From a virus (Duplodnaviria; Caudoviricetes), in the IMG/VR virus record IMGVR_UViG_3300009103_000065, positions 1-42,462 of that record: DNA of 42,462 nucleotides; one strand, 5' to 3'. Made by a program: the position numbers and the translations under genes. Shown here piece after piece: positions 18,339 to 27,511 of the stretch (positions are counted from its first letter, which is position 1; every line of letters begins with the position of its first letter). The notes below the pieces were generated by a model, which saw only the letters and a list, made by a program, of their open reading frames with translations, ran no database searches and was not told where the DNA came from.

Positions 18339-20669
18339 TTAGAACTTAAGCTCTACAACATCTGTCGGCGCAAGAGCCAAGAGGAAGCGTAACCCAGGGC
18401 CGCCATTGGCGGCTGCAGTTCCATCTATAACAAAGTCGGCTTCAAATCCAGCTCCATAGTAATCAGGCTTCGTTCCCGGTGCTCCGCCCCAAGAGCTGGG
18501 GTCCTCCCAAAGGTCGGACACATTAAACCCAACTTCTGTTACGTCAACAACGCTTAGCAACTCGGTTTGATACCAAGTTCCGCCAATATCCTGCGCCCAC
18601 GCCCTACCTGGCTTCATCTTAAGTCCATTCAGATACAATTCAGCTTTACCAGCATAAAGATACGGGTCTGCCGCATTTAGGGATATAAAGCCGCTCTGAG
18701 GGTTGCCTTCTGCATCAACATAGTCAGATAAAGATCCAGATCCATGATTAAATACAGACTCACCAAACAGATCCCCTGCAGCTACCGTAGCACTCAAGTA
18801 CTTAGATATAAATAGCGGGTATAAGCCTGCGTCAAAAGTATTCATAGTGACCTCAAGTGCAGCTATATCAGTTGAGTGTTGAAGCATAAGTGCAGCTATA
18901 TCAGTTGAGTGCGTAACCTCAAGTCCATGCATTTCAGATGTATGTATTTCGCTCAATAAGGCTAAATCATCAGAGACATCACTAATGTCCTCTCCAAGAT
19001 TGAATACATCAGTTGAATGTGTAACCTCCATCGCCGCATCTGTGGCAAAAAGAGTAGCTATATCACTTGCGTGTTGGGCTTCAAGGTCATCAAGTCTAGC
19101 GACATCAATTGAATGTGCAAGCTCAATGGCAGCAACATCAATTGATTGTGCAAGCTCAATGGCAGCAACATCATTTGAATGTGCAAGCTCAAGATCATCA
19201 AGTCTAGCAACATCAATTGAATGTGCAAGCTCAATAGTAGCAACATCAGTTGAGTGTTGGGCTTCAAGGGTATCAAGTCTAGCAACATCAACTGATTGTG
19301 CAAGCTCAATTGCAACAATATCATTTGAATGTGCAAGGTCAAGCGCATAAATAGCCTCAAAAATATCTACCACATCAACTGAGTGCTGAAGCTCAATGGC
19401 ATCATGTAGCTCATCCATTGCCAAGAAGTGGGGGAGCTTAATAAACCCTTTGGTCGTCCATTCTGCTGCTAGGCCCGAATGAGGGACAAAGTCGACTCCA
19501 TCTACATCTTCCACGCAGACAAAGAGAGAGTTTGTATCCTTGGCATAGTAAGAGTAGCCTCGTGGTACTGCGGATTCGTCAGGCAAGCTCTCGATGTAGG
19601 ACTGAAATTCAGTTTCCAGATCGTCGGTTCGGACAATTATTGCGGCTGGCGTTGTTCCATTCTCAATATTAGTGATCCGAAGATTCTGGTTTACCATATC
19701 AGTTGAATGTGCAAGGTCAAGATCACTAATATTGCTCTGCAGAACTGCATCTGCAGCCTCAAGCGTAGAAACATCAGCTGAATGTTGGGCTTCAAGGCCA
19801 TCAAGTCTAGCAACATCAATTGAATGTGCAAGCTCAATAGCAACAACATCAATTGAATGTTGAAGAGCAAGATCTCCCACTGCACCACCAGCGTCAATCG
19901 CTAGCCCATCAATGCGGCCATCCAAATTTGCTATATCAACTGAATGTGCAAACTCAATTGCAACAACATCATTTGAATGTGCAAGATCAAGATCATCAAT
20001 GTTACTCTGCAGAAGTGTATCTGCATCCTCAAGCCTAGCAACATCAGTTGAATGTGCAAACTCAATTGCAACAATATCATTTGAATGTGCAAGGTCAAGA
20101 TCACTAATATCACTTGCGTGTTGGACTTCAAGGTCATCAAGTCTAGCAGCATCAACTGAATGTGCAAGCTCAATGGCAGCAACATCATTTGAATGTGCAA
20201 GCTCAAGATCATCAAGTCTAGCAACATCAATTGAATGTGCAAGCTCAATGGTAACAACATCAATTGAATGCTGCGCCAATAGGTTATTCTCTAAGATAAC
20301 CATGCCTTGCTCTAAAGTGGCTATATCAGTTGAGTGCTGAAGCGAAAGCGCTTCGTCACCTCTTTGCAGCTTAATTAAGCCATCCCAAAGGGATTTTGTT
20401 CCATGTAAAATATCAATACCAACCTGAAGCTCAGCGCCGGTCTCGTCGTAAAGAGTTGGGAGGACATCCACCGAGGCGCTTGCATCGAATTGACGATCGC
20501 CTCTTATATCCTCAGTAAACCCAGAGGCTTCTCTCAGCTCCTCAAGTTGCAATGCAGAGTAACTTAAATCAACAACGGCGTCTGCATCTTGCACGAAGGT
20601 TGAGTCCTTGAAGATGCGCATGGCCTGTGTGGCGCTGATAGTAGTTACAAATCTATTATGATTAGACAT
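18339..20669 (-). CDS. Coiled-coil fibre protein with about 27 (H/Q)-S-x-D repeats
   Basis: 776 aa, TAAGGAG SD. Two repeat blocks (e.g. LELAHSNDVAAIELAHSIDVARLDD) are separated by a small globular insert (PRGYSYYAKDTNSLFVC). C-terminal LYLNG module. Confidence 0.75.
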   Translation of the reverse strand: MSNHNRFVTTISATQAMRIFKDSTFVQDADAVVDLSYSALQLEELREASGFTEDIRGDRQFDASASVDVLPTLYDETGAELQVGIDILHGTKSLWDGLIKLQRGDEALSLQHSTDIATLEQGMVILENNLLAQHSIDVVTIELAHSIDVARLDDLELAHSNDVAAIELAHSVDAARLDDLEVQHASDISDLDLAHSNDIVAIEFAHSTDVARLEDADTLLQSNIDDLDLAHSNDVVAIEFAHSVDIANLDGRIDGLAIDAGGAVGDLALQHSIDVVAIELAHSIDVARLDGLEAQHSADVSTLEAADAVLQSNISDLDLAHSTDMVNQNLRITNIENGTTPAAIIVRTDDLETEFQSYIESLPDESAVPRGYSYYAKDTNSLFVCVEDVDGVDFVPHSGLAAEWTTKGFIKLPHFLAMDELHDAIELQHSVDVVDIFEAIYALDLAHSNDIVAIELAQSVDVARLDTLEAQHSTDVATIELAHSIDVARLDDLELAHSNDVAAIELAQSIDVAAIELAHSIDVARLDDLEAQHASDIATLFATDAAMEVTHSTDVFNLGEDISDVSDDLALLSEIHTSEMHGLEVTHSTDIAALMLQHSTDIAALEVTMNTFDAGLYPLFISKYLSATVAAGDLFGESVFNHGSGSLSDYVDAEGNPQSGFISLNAADPYLYAGKAELYLNGLKMKPGRAWAQDIGGTWYQTELLSVVDVTEVGFNVSDLWEDPSSWGGAPGTKPDYYGAGFEADFVIDGTAAANGGPGLRFLLALAPTDVVELKF
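18870..20340. repeat. Intragenic degenerate 33/42-bp repeat array encoding the HSxD units
   Basis: Many near-identical copies of gcaacatca(a/t/g)ttgaatgtgcaagctcaa in two blocks (about 18870-19400 and 19695-20340). Confidence 0.9.
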
Positions 20670-20741
20670 ATTTTCTCCTTATATCTTTATAGTTTTTGTT
20701 TTATGTTAACGAAACCTTTTAGATAAACTACCATCTCAGGG

Positions 20742-20800
20742 TGTGATCTAACATAAGGAACTGTAATCTAACATAAGGAACTGTAATCTAACATAAGGAG
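20742..20800. repeat. 20-bp tandem repeat x3 in the leader of the fibre gene
   Basis: tgtgatctaacataaggaac / tgtaatctaacataaggaac / tgtaatctaacataaggag, with no spacers. Confidence 0.95.
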
Positions 20801-20848
20801 TAAATATAGCAGCTATAAGAGACTTTACTTTTCAACAAACTTGATCTA

Positions 20849-20855
20849 ATTAATA
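20849..20855 (-). promoter_or_regulatory. Candidate late promoter TATTAAT
   Basis: Start of the long leader, 179 nt upstream of the fibre gene. Confidence 0.45.
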
Positions 20856-20870
20856 GATGCTATATTTGGG

Positions 20871-21440
20871 TTATATTTTTACATACTGCTTTAAACATTT
20901 TTCTTTTATTTTATCATTAGAATGGAACCATAGCCAAGGAATACTTTTTTTTATTTCAGATATTTTAGATTCTAATTTTTCACAATCATCTTTTAACATC
21001 TTAATGTGATCATTGCTTATCTCTATGTCCTTTATTCCAAGATCTATAGCTGCTCCAAATAACAGATACCAACTTTCAGTGTCCATCGCGTTCATTGTTT
21101 TAGAGCATATATCAGAATACATATTTTTCACAGATTCATCTTCTACTAGCACAAGCTTATCCGGGTGAACTTTCAGCATAATTTTTCTATACAATTTTTT
21201 CAAACTAGATAAGTCAGGATTATTGTTTTTTGAAGCAAAAATATCACCCAAATCTTTCGTCAAACGATTCGTAGCCTTAGTCAAGGATGCGCCAGCAGGC
21301 CCCCTCTTCTTCTTTGACGCTTCAATCAAAAATTCTTTCTTACATTGTTCAAAAATCACATTTACCTCTTTTAGCTCAGCATTTAAATACATTGCTTTGT
21401 AATAAAGCTTATTGTGTTTATTGATGAGCGCAGAATCCAC
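20871..21440 (-). CDS. J-domain (DnaJ-type) co-chaperone
   Basis: LKKLYRKIMLKVHPDKL: helix II plus the HPD motif (21159-21167). GTG start 1 nt after the adhesin stop. Confidence 0.8.
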   Translation of the reverse strand: MDSALINKHNKLYYKAMYLNAELKEVNVIFEQCKKEFLIEASKKKRGPAGASLTKATNRLTKDLGDIFASKNNNPDLSSLKKLYRKIMLKVHPDKLVLVEDESVKNMYSDICSKTMNAMDTESWYLLFGAAIDLGIKDIEISNDHIKMLKDDCEKLESKISEIKKSIPWLWFHSNDKIKEKCLKQYVKI

Positions 21441-21441
21441 A

Positions 21442-24400
21442 CTATGTCACCACAACACATGTAATTTCATCTCCGGGCATCAGCTCTCCATCATATCTTT
21501 CTTCCGGAATAAATGTTATCTTTCCATTATCAACTGTATACTGTGCAGGGGGTACAAATTTACCATTCAAGAAGACCATGTACCGGTCGTCAGCTGAAAG
21601 GTCCACAGAATACTCCACCTGGACCTGTGAAGCCTTTATCGACCCCAAGGATATCTCGACTGGAGAAAATGCTGTTCGCTGATCTTGAGTATAACTAGCA
21701 GATACGATCTTCATTTCCAGCTCTGTGCCTACAGCAACTCCATCTCCAAAGTGAGGGTGGATAAAGTCTATCTCTACAAATTTCTGAGAGGAGTAGCCTT
21801 GCCCAGCGGATGGCACCGATAATGGCTTGAGGCTCTCCCAAACACCAATCTCATATGCAAATACACCATCAATTAAGATCCCTGCAGGTGGTAGCTGGTT
21901 CATATAATAATATTTAAACCTTATTCTCACATAATCATGTGCATCTAGCCCAGAATATGTCTTAGTTTGTTCAAGGCCGTCCCAACTTGCACTTGTAGGA
22001 CAATCGATTAAATATTTGGGCTCAAGAGAGCCGTCGCTTAATTCGTCTAAATCACTATAATAATGAAAGTTATCACCGGGAATGTTGTTCAGACCAGTAG
22101 TCAACCACCCTGATGCCTCACTGGCCGGATCCAAACTTGTATCATCATTTGAAATCTGATCAAACGTTCTCACCTGAACCACTCTGGCTACTTGTGGAGC
22201 CGCATTACCTGCCTCATCCGTAATATCATAAGTTATAGTGTAGTTACCATCTATAAACGTATTGATAGGGCTTTCGGACATAACTATATCTTCGGTAACA
22301 TCCCAACCTGTAAATTCACCGCTTACATCAAGGGCATAACCATCGATGCCTCTTTCATCAGACGCAAAGGCTCCGAAGAGACCGGGGCCCTGAGGTCCAC
22401 CTGGCGTAAAGTCAGGAAGAGCAGATCCGTGTGGAACAACAGGCTGCAATGATCCATGCAACGTAATGCTTGGGGCCAGGTTGTCTGTTGGAGGAAGAAG
22501 CATATTATTTTGCCATGCGGCATGCTGAATGGAATCAAGGTGGTACCAGGTTTGCGCTCTATTCCACATCAATATATCAGCGATCTGTCCAACAAAGCCT
22601 ATGTACATTAGACCGTCGTCTCGAATAGTTCCGGACGAAGCTGTATCTCCAATCTTTAAATTGCGAGCATTCGGTAGCGAAAGCACAAGTCCGCTCAAAG
22701 GCGCGGTTGGTCCTTGGTTCGAGTCATTAATGAGCGCCCAAATGCCGGTAGGCTCTTGGTCATCCGGACCATACTCGATATACGGGACATGATTCTCATG
22801 CTCCCAGAAAAGACTTACTTGATTCCATTGCCCCTGCTGCAATTGCTCAGGGAAAATAACTTCTTCGACAAAACCATTGCCGAGCTGCTGATGCCTCACA
22901 TGAATGCGCCATTCGTCATCCATAAATATTTCAAACGAATAATCATCAGCAACGCCTGACTGATAGTCCGACATTAGCATCATCGCATGCCCAGACAGAG
23001 CGGCGTCTGGCTTTACCCACATGCTTATCGTATAAGCTGTCTCCGCACCAGAAAGGCCTCCGTTATGGGGTAACTCAAATGAATTATTAGTAATCTCTAA
23101 AACATTCCTTGCGCTTTCCTCATCAAAGACAAAGCTATTATTTTGCAAGTTAAGACCATCGTAATTGCCGGTTCCATCCTTAACATCTGAAGAAAGAATA
23201 TATTTTGCAGAGATTGCGTTAGAAGGCCCTAAGATATTTACTTCATTTGAATATACTATATCACCACTATCAAGAGTTCCCTTTGCTCGGATCAGGGCGT
23301 CCTCCAGCTCTGAGCGAGGGTAGAATATTTGTTCGTCAATATCATCAAGCGGGCCGATATCGACCCATAACGCCTCATGGGGGCCGGAGGCCCACTCATA
23401 GAGGTCCCAATCAAATACAGGGGGGACTCCTACATATTTTTGAACAATAAAAGGACCGACGAAAGTACCATCATAGTCCCCGGTGAGATTGGAAAGCTGC
23501 ACGCCCTCCTGATAAGGAGTATCACCTACAGTGCCATCTTCTATAAATTTATTTGTCATAGGGGCCACACCGTACCACCCGCCTAAAGTCCCTTGAAAAT
23601 CAATAGAGGGAAACTCATATATCGAAGTTAAGGAGCCTTTTGCAACAATCACTCCGGCTCCATCCACTGCAGCCAGATAAATAACAACCGCACCAGTATT
23701 AGGCAGCATAAGGCTAAGGCTTGTTCCTCCTTGGACCTGAGGACGGAAGCGGTTGATCGTATGACCTATCTCGCCAAAATCTTCAAAGGACGCAGACCAA
23801 TTGAGTGCTCCAGCAGCAAGTGCTTCAGCGTTAAATGTCGCATCTAAAGTAATGGTCTTAAGACCGGAAATAGTTGCTGTAGAAGTAACTCTAGGTATTG
23901 CCTGAGTTGGTCCCAGCCTAAAGCTTCCTTGCGCCTTAAATCCGCCCGCCACCGGGGCGTCGGCAGGTGCAACATTAAAAATAACAGAGCCATCGTCTAC
24001 TCTCACTAGAGATGCAGATATCTCATATGGATAGTTGCCTTCAGTAATGTACCAAAAGAAGTCCCCAATTTCCGGAGTATTCGGATCTACGGGATCTGCA
24101 GATAAAGCCGCATCCACTTGAAATGTTTCAAGTTGATACGAACCACTGGATAAAGTGCTCTCAAATACTTGCACATTGTCCCAATCGAATAGTCTGAAAT
24201 TCGCACTATTCCAGCCGTCACCATAGGAGTCGCCCATATGCATCTCTAAGGTTACCGCCACGGTCCACTTCTCTATCTGAGGGCTCACTGCCAATACATA
24301 TCCGCTCGCATCGACTGCTGCAACATAGAAAATATTCTGTCCGGGCGTTACGGCCACGGAAACGGGTGAGGTAGATGTTAGAGATTGAAGAGCAGATGCT

Positions 24401-27400
24401 GCGCCAGAGTTGCTGTAATGCTCGCCTACTACAAAGTTATTAACTGATCCATCGCTATCTGGAACAACATTGTCCACTCTGTATACCCATGATCCCGTCG
24501 AAGGAATATTGCTAAAAGTTGTCTGTAATTGTACAGAATCATTTTGAAAAGAGTCAATATATGCATTTATTATCGGAACAGATAAAGTTCCCACCACAAA
24601 GTTGGACTGAGTCGCGGATTGCATATTTTGAAAATATACAGGGTATTCGTCCTCAGACGCACTAGCAGTTGGGTCCTGTATTTGGAAGCCTATCTCACTG
24701 GGGTATTGGCCATTCGTGCCCTCCCAGCTATAAATAGCGTTATCTGGAACATCAAGAGTCTCGACTACGACCGCTTGACCTGACTCTTGATTTTCCGAGA
24801 CGGAGAGGGTGGGATCCCACGCGCCAGTACCATAAGCAAGTGGCCCTGTGTAGGTAGCGATTACCGCCCCCTGATCATCTTTAATGGTAACACTTCCAGA
24901 GTTCCAGCCATCACCATAAGTGTCCCACATACTTACCTGAAGGGGAACTGTTGGGGGCCCAACTATTCCTGCGTTATGCCAATAATTCACCTCTTCGGCG
25001 TCCATTGCTCTAGAGCTGAATGTTATATCATCTATTTGTAGCCCCGGCGTTCCGGGAGAGTAAACATCGCCCCTAAAGCTCTCCCCTATCATAAATGGCG
25101 TATTATTTGCCAGGCTTCCGAGGGAGCTTATGTCCTCAGGCCCCGCGCCTTGAGAGGCTCCATCTATATATAGAATAGCCTCATCGTTTTCCCTATCGAC
25201 TACAACTGAAATGTAAGTCCAAACATTATGTGTGATTGGACTACTTTCCAAATCAATGGTTGTTCCGGCCACAGACGACAAGCTGACCCTAACTTTATCG
25301 CCACTCCCATAAACCTCATATCCAACGAGGTCGGGCGCTGTTTTGCCTAGCAAGGCCGTATTATCCGCACTAATGTTTGCCCAAAAAGATATAGTAAAGC
25401 TGTTTGAGCCAATATCTAAATCATTATTGGTAGTCGACAAAAGCTTTCCGGAGGTGCCAGAGTAATCATGTAATTCTACAGAATCTCTTCCCTCAAAAGT
25501 GTCAAAGGTAACACTTCCAGAGCCAATAAGCTGAATGCTTGAAACTGTGTCTATGCCGTCTGAATCGAGGGGGAAGTAAGCGTGAAGCCCATAGTCTTCA
25601 TGCCAACTGTTAACTCCGAGGGTCAATCCCTCAGGCATGTAAAACGTCGGCTCACCTGGGCCGAAGTTGTGTGTATGGTAGCCGCCGTTCCCAAGCGGAT
25701 AAAGCTCCGCCTCTTCTGTGGTACCAAAGAGTGGCCAGTATCCAAATTTCTGAAAAGGTTCTAGCTGACCGGACAGGTCGCCTATAGATATCTCAGAAGT
25801 TCTATAATAATTGCCGTCTACCTTCATCGTACATCTTATTATTTCGCTGGAGTCTGCGGCGGTAATTGTGTAGTCTACTACACCTCCAGTCATGGGGTAG
25901 GTCTGAACCGCCCATTCGTTTTCCCCAGTCTTTCTGGTCCAATAGAATTCCTCTAAAGTGCCTCCTTTGAGGTCAACAGATACGGTCAGGGTATCTCCTA
26001 AGTTAGCAGTAACTTGGTCCAAAGATATCGTCGGTATATTAGCTGGATCAATCTCAATGCTCTCAGCATACAGACCAAGAACATCATCAGAGTCAAGGTT
26101 GGTCTTAAATATAATTAAATTATCTACAAAGCCATCGTAATAGTTAATAGGGCCTCCGGCTGTCATCGCTCCCCGCCCAAGATACATAGGTTCTACTGAA
26201 GTAAAATACGCATTACTCACCAAAGCCTCTCCCTGCATAGATCCATCTATAAAAAGCCTCAAAGTAGAGTCAGTCATAGAATTAGGGGAGCATGTAACTA
26301 CGGCGTGGTGCCACAGATCATCCCCTGCAAGAGGGTTGTTAGAGTCAATCTGATATACAACCGCCCCGGTACTATCTCTCCACAGCAACGAAATATAATC
26401 ATACATGCCATTGATGTTTTGACCAAGGCCTATAAAAGACGCCGTATCAACACCGCCGCCCAGATCTCCCTTTGACCATATAAACGGCTGATTGTATGAC
26501 CATGTGTGCCCCGCTCCCTCGCAGAGCGACCTATCACTCTCGTGTCCAGCAACACTTTGTGAGCATACGCCATTCTGATTTGCCTTAAACCAGACTGAAA
26601 CAGTAAAGGCTCTATTGCTAAAATTATGAAGATCATCATGAGGCACTTCCGCATAAGCCCCAGTGGTCCCATTTCCAGAAAATTGAATTGCGCTTCTTCC
26701 ATTAATAGGATCTGGTGGCGTTTTATAAACGCTTCGAAAGACACCTCCATTATTAACTCCATGAGAAGTCCCAACCATATCGTATAGTGACGGCGGGTTC
26801 GTGTTCATATTAATCCAGCTGGCCATGCCTAAAGTTCCATAGAAAATATTCACCCCAGCAGTAAGTCCATCAGGTAGATAACGTCCTTGGCCGTAATATG
26901 ATGCCGTCATAACCGGGGAAGCCGCCTCAGCTGTCGACTGAGATTCATATACAGGGTAGAAGCCGCCAACTCTTAAGCCAACTTGGTTATTTACCCATCG
27001 AGTGTCGGCAGGCCCATCCGTCTCCGAGCTAAACTCTAACGTTGTCTCAGTGCTATCCCAAATCTCCATGACCATCTGACCTGCGGCCTGAGCAGTATCT
27101 GATATATGAAAATAAAAGATATCTCCTGTATATTGGTGCTCTGCTCTGATCTTAACATTTGACCATGCGTAGGCAGGGTCTGGACTCTGAAGAGTACTGT
27201 TTATTAATACGACCCACTCATTAAAGTATGTATGCCAGAGTTCATTAGGCCCATTGCCTACATCTGACGGCCAACCTAGATATCTAACTGAATATAAATC
27301 ACCTTCAGGCAGGAGTGTAAGCCCACCTGAAGTATCAAAGTCTAGCTTCAAAGCTATACTTTGAGCTCCATTAATATCAGTGATATTGGTGTAATCTTCA

Positions 27401-27447
27401 TAAATTATAAACGCGTTCTCAAATGTATTTCCGGGTGCCGGTGGCAT
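21442..27447 (-). CDS. Giant multidomain adhesin-like virion protein (3 LamG/ConA-like domains, 2 DxYGDGWN modules, DUF5011-like Ig domain)
   Basis: 2001 aa, AAGGAG SD. LamG signatures FTVSVWFK...WHHAVVT...LFIDG, FTISFWAN...WTYISVV...LYIDG and YTISMWVK...WNQVSL; Ig signature APSITLHG...GNYTITYDITDEAGN. Confidence 0.8.
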   Translation of the reverse strand: MPPAPGNTFENAFIIYEDYTNITDINGAQSIALKLDFDTSGGLTLLPEGDLYSVRYLGWPSDVGNGPNELWHTYFNEWVVLINSTLQSPDPAYAWSNVKIRAEHQYTGDIFYFHISDTAQAAGQMVMEIWDSTETTLEFSSETDGPADTRWVNNQVGLRVGGFYPVYESQSTAEAASPVMTASYYGQGRYLPDGLTAGVNIFYGTLGMASWINMNTNPPSLYDMVGTSHGVNNGGVFRSVYKTPPDPINGRSAIQFSGNGTTGAYAEVPHDDLHNFSNRAFTVSVWFKANQNGVCSQSVAGHESDRSLCEGAGHTWSYNQPFIWSKGDLGGGVDTASFIGLGQNINGMYDYISLLWRDSTGAVVYQIDSNNPLAGDDLWHHAVVTCSPNSMTDSTLRLFIDGSMQGEALVSNAYFTSVEPMYLGRGAMTAGGPINYYDGFVDNLIIFKTNLDSDDVLGLYAESIEIDPANIPTISLDQVTANLGDTLTVSVDLKGGTLEEFYWTRKTGENEWAVQTYPMTGGVVDYTITAADSSEIIRCTMKVDGNYYRTSEISIGDLSGQLEPFQKFGYWPLFGTTEEAELYPLGNGGYHTHNFGPGEPTFYMPEGLTLGVNSWHEDYGLHAYFPLDSDGIDTVSSIQLIGSGSVTFDTFEGRDSVELHDYSGTSGKLLSTTNNDLDIGSNSFTISFWANISADNTALLGKTAPDLVGYEVYGSGDKVRVSLSSVAGTTIDLESSPITHNVWTYISVVVDRENDEAILYIDGASQGAGPEDISSLGSLANNTPFMIGESFRGDVYSPGTPGLQIDDITFSSRAMDAEEVNYWHNAGIVGPPTVPLQVSMWDTYGDGWNSGSVTIKDDQGAVIATYTGPLAYGTGAWDPTLSVSENQESGQAVVVETLDVPDNAIYSWEGTNGQYPSEIGFQIQDPTASASEDEYPVYFQNMQSATQSNFVVGTLSVPIINAYIDSFQNDSVQLQTTFSNIPSTGSWVYRVDNVVPDSDGSVNNFVVGEHYSNSGAASALQSLTSTSPVSVAVTPGQNIFYVAAVDASGYVLAVSPQIEKWTVAVTLEMHMGDSYGDGWNSANFRLFDWDNVQVFESTLSSGSYQLETFQVDAALSADPVDPNTPEIGDFFWYITEGNYPYEISASLVRVDDGSVIFNVAPADAPVAGGFKAQGSFRLGPTQAIPRVTSTATISGLKTITLDATFNAEALAAGALNWSASFEDFGEIGHTINRFRPQVQGGTSLSLMLPNTGAVVIYLAAVDGAGVIVAKGSLTSIYEFPSIDFQGTLGGWYGVAPMTNKFIEDGTVGDTPYQEGVQLSNLTGDYDGTFVGPFIVQKYVGVPPVFDWDLYEWASGPHEALWVDIGPLDDIDEQIFYPRSELEDALIRAKGTLDSGDIVYSNEVNILGPSNAISAKYILSSDVKDGTGNYDGLNLQNNSFVFDEESARNVLEITNNSFELPHNGGLSGAETAYTISMWVKPDAALSGHAMMLMSDYQSGVADDYSFEIFMDDEWRIHVRHQQLGNGFVEEVIFPEQLQQGQWNQVSLFWEHENHVPYIEYGPDDQEPTGIWALINDSNQGPTAPLSGLVLSLPNARNLKIGDTASSGTIRDDGLMYIGFVGQIADILMWNRAQTWYHLDSIQHAAWQNNMLLPPTDNLAPSITLHGSLQPVVPHGSALPDFTPGGPQGPGLFGAFASDERGIDGYALDVSGEFTGWDVTEDIVMSESPINTFIDGNYTITYDITDEAGNAAPQVARVVQVRTFDQISNDDTSLDPASEASGWLTTGLNNIPGDNFHYYSDLDELSDGSLEPKYLIDCPTSASWDGLEQTKTYSGLDAHDYVRIRFKYYYMNQLPPAGILIDGVFAYEIGVWESLKPLSVPSAGQGYSSQKFVEIDFIHPHFGDGVAVGTELEMKIVSASYTQDQRTAFSPVEISLGSIKASQVQVEYSVDLSADDRYMVFLNGKFVPPAQYTVDNGKITFIPEERYDGELMPGDEITCVVVT

Positions 27448-27511
27448 ATTTCTCTCCTTCTAAATACTTGCCGTGCAAGCATCTGTTATATTGAATATAT
27501 AAAAGTTTAAC

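Noticed and set aside
18985-20340. Overlapping Cys/Ser-rich plus-strand ORFs and Leu/Met-rich alternative-frame ORFs
   Set aside because: They are shadows of the HSxD repeat codons and have no RBS or independent features.
20742-20800. Mini CRISPR array
   Set aside because: The units are head-to-tail with no unique spacers, only 20 bp long, and no cas genes are nearby.
20742-20800. Resemblance of GATTACAGTTCCTTA to the 16S rRNA 3' tail (GATCACCTCCTTA)
   Set aside because: The match is short and gapped and follows simply from complementarity to an SD; it is no evidence of an rRNA fragment.
27462-27484. Hairpin AGATGCTTGC-ACG-GCAAGTATTT between the two adhesin genes as a terminator
   Set aside because: The stem has G-U pairs and no free U tract, and it sits just before an SD inside an apparent operon; at most a stability element.
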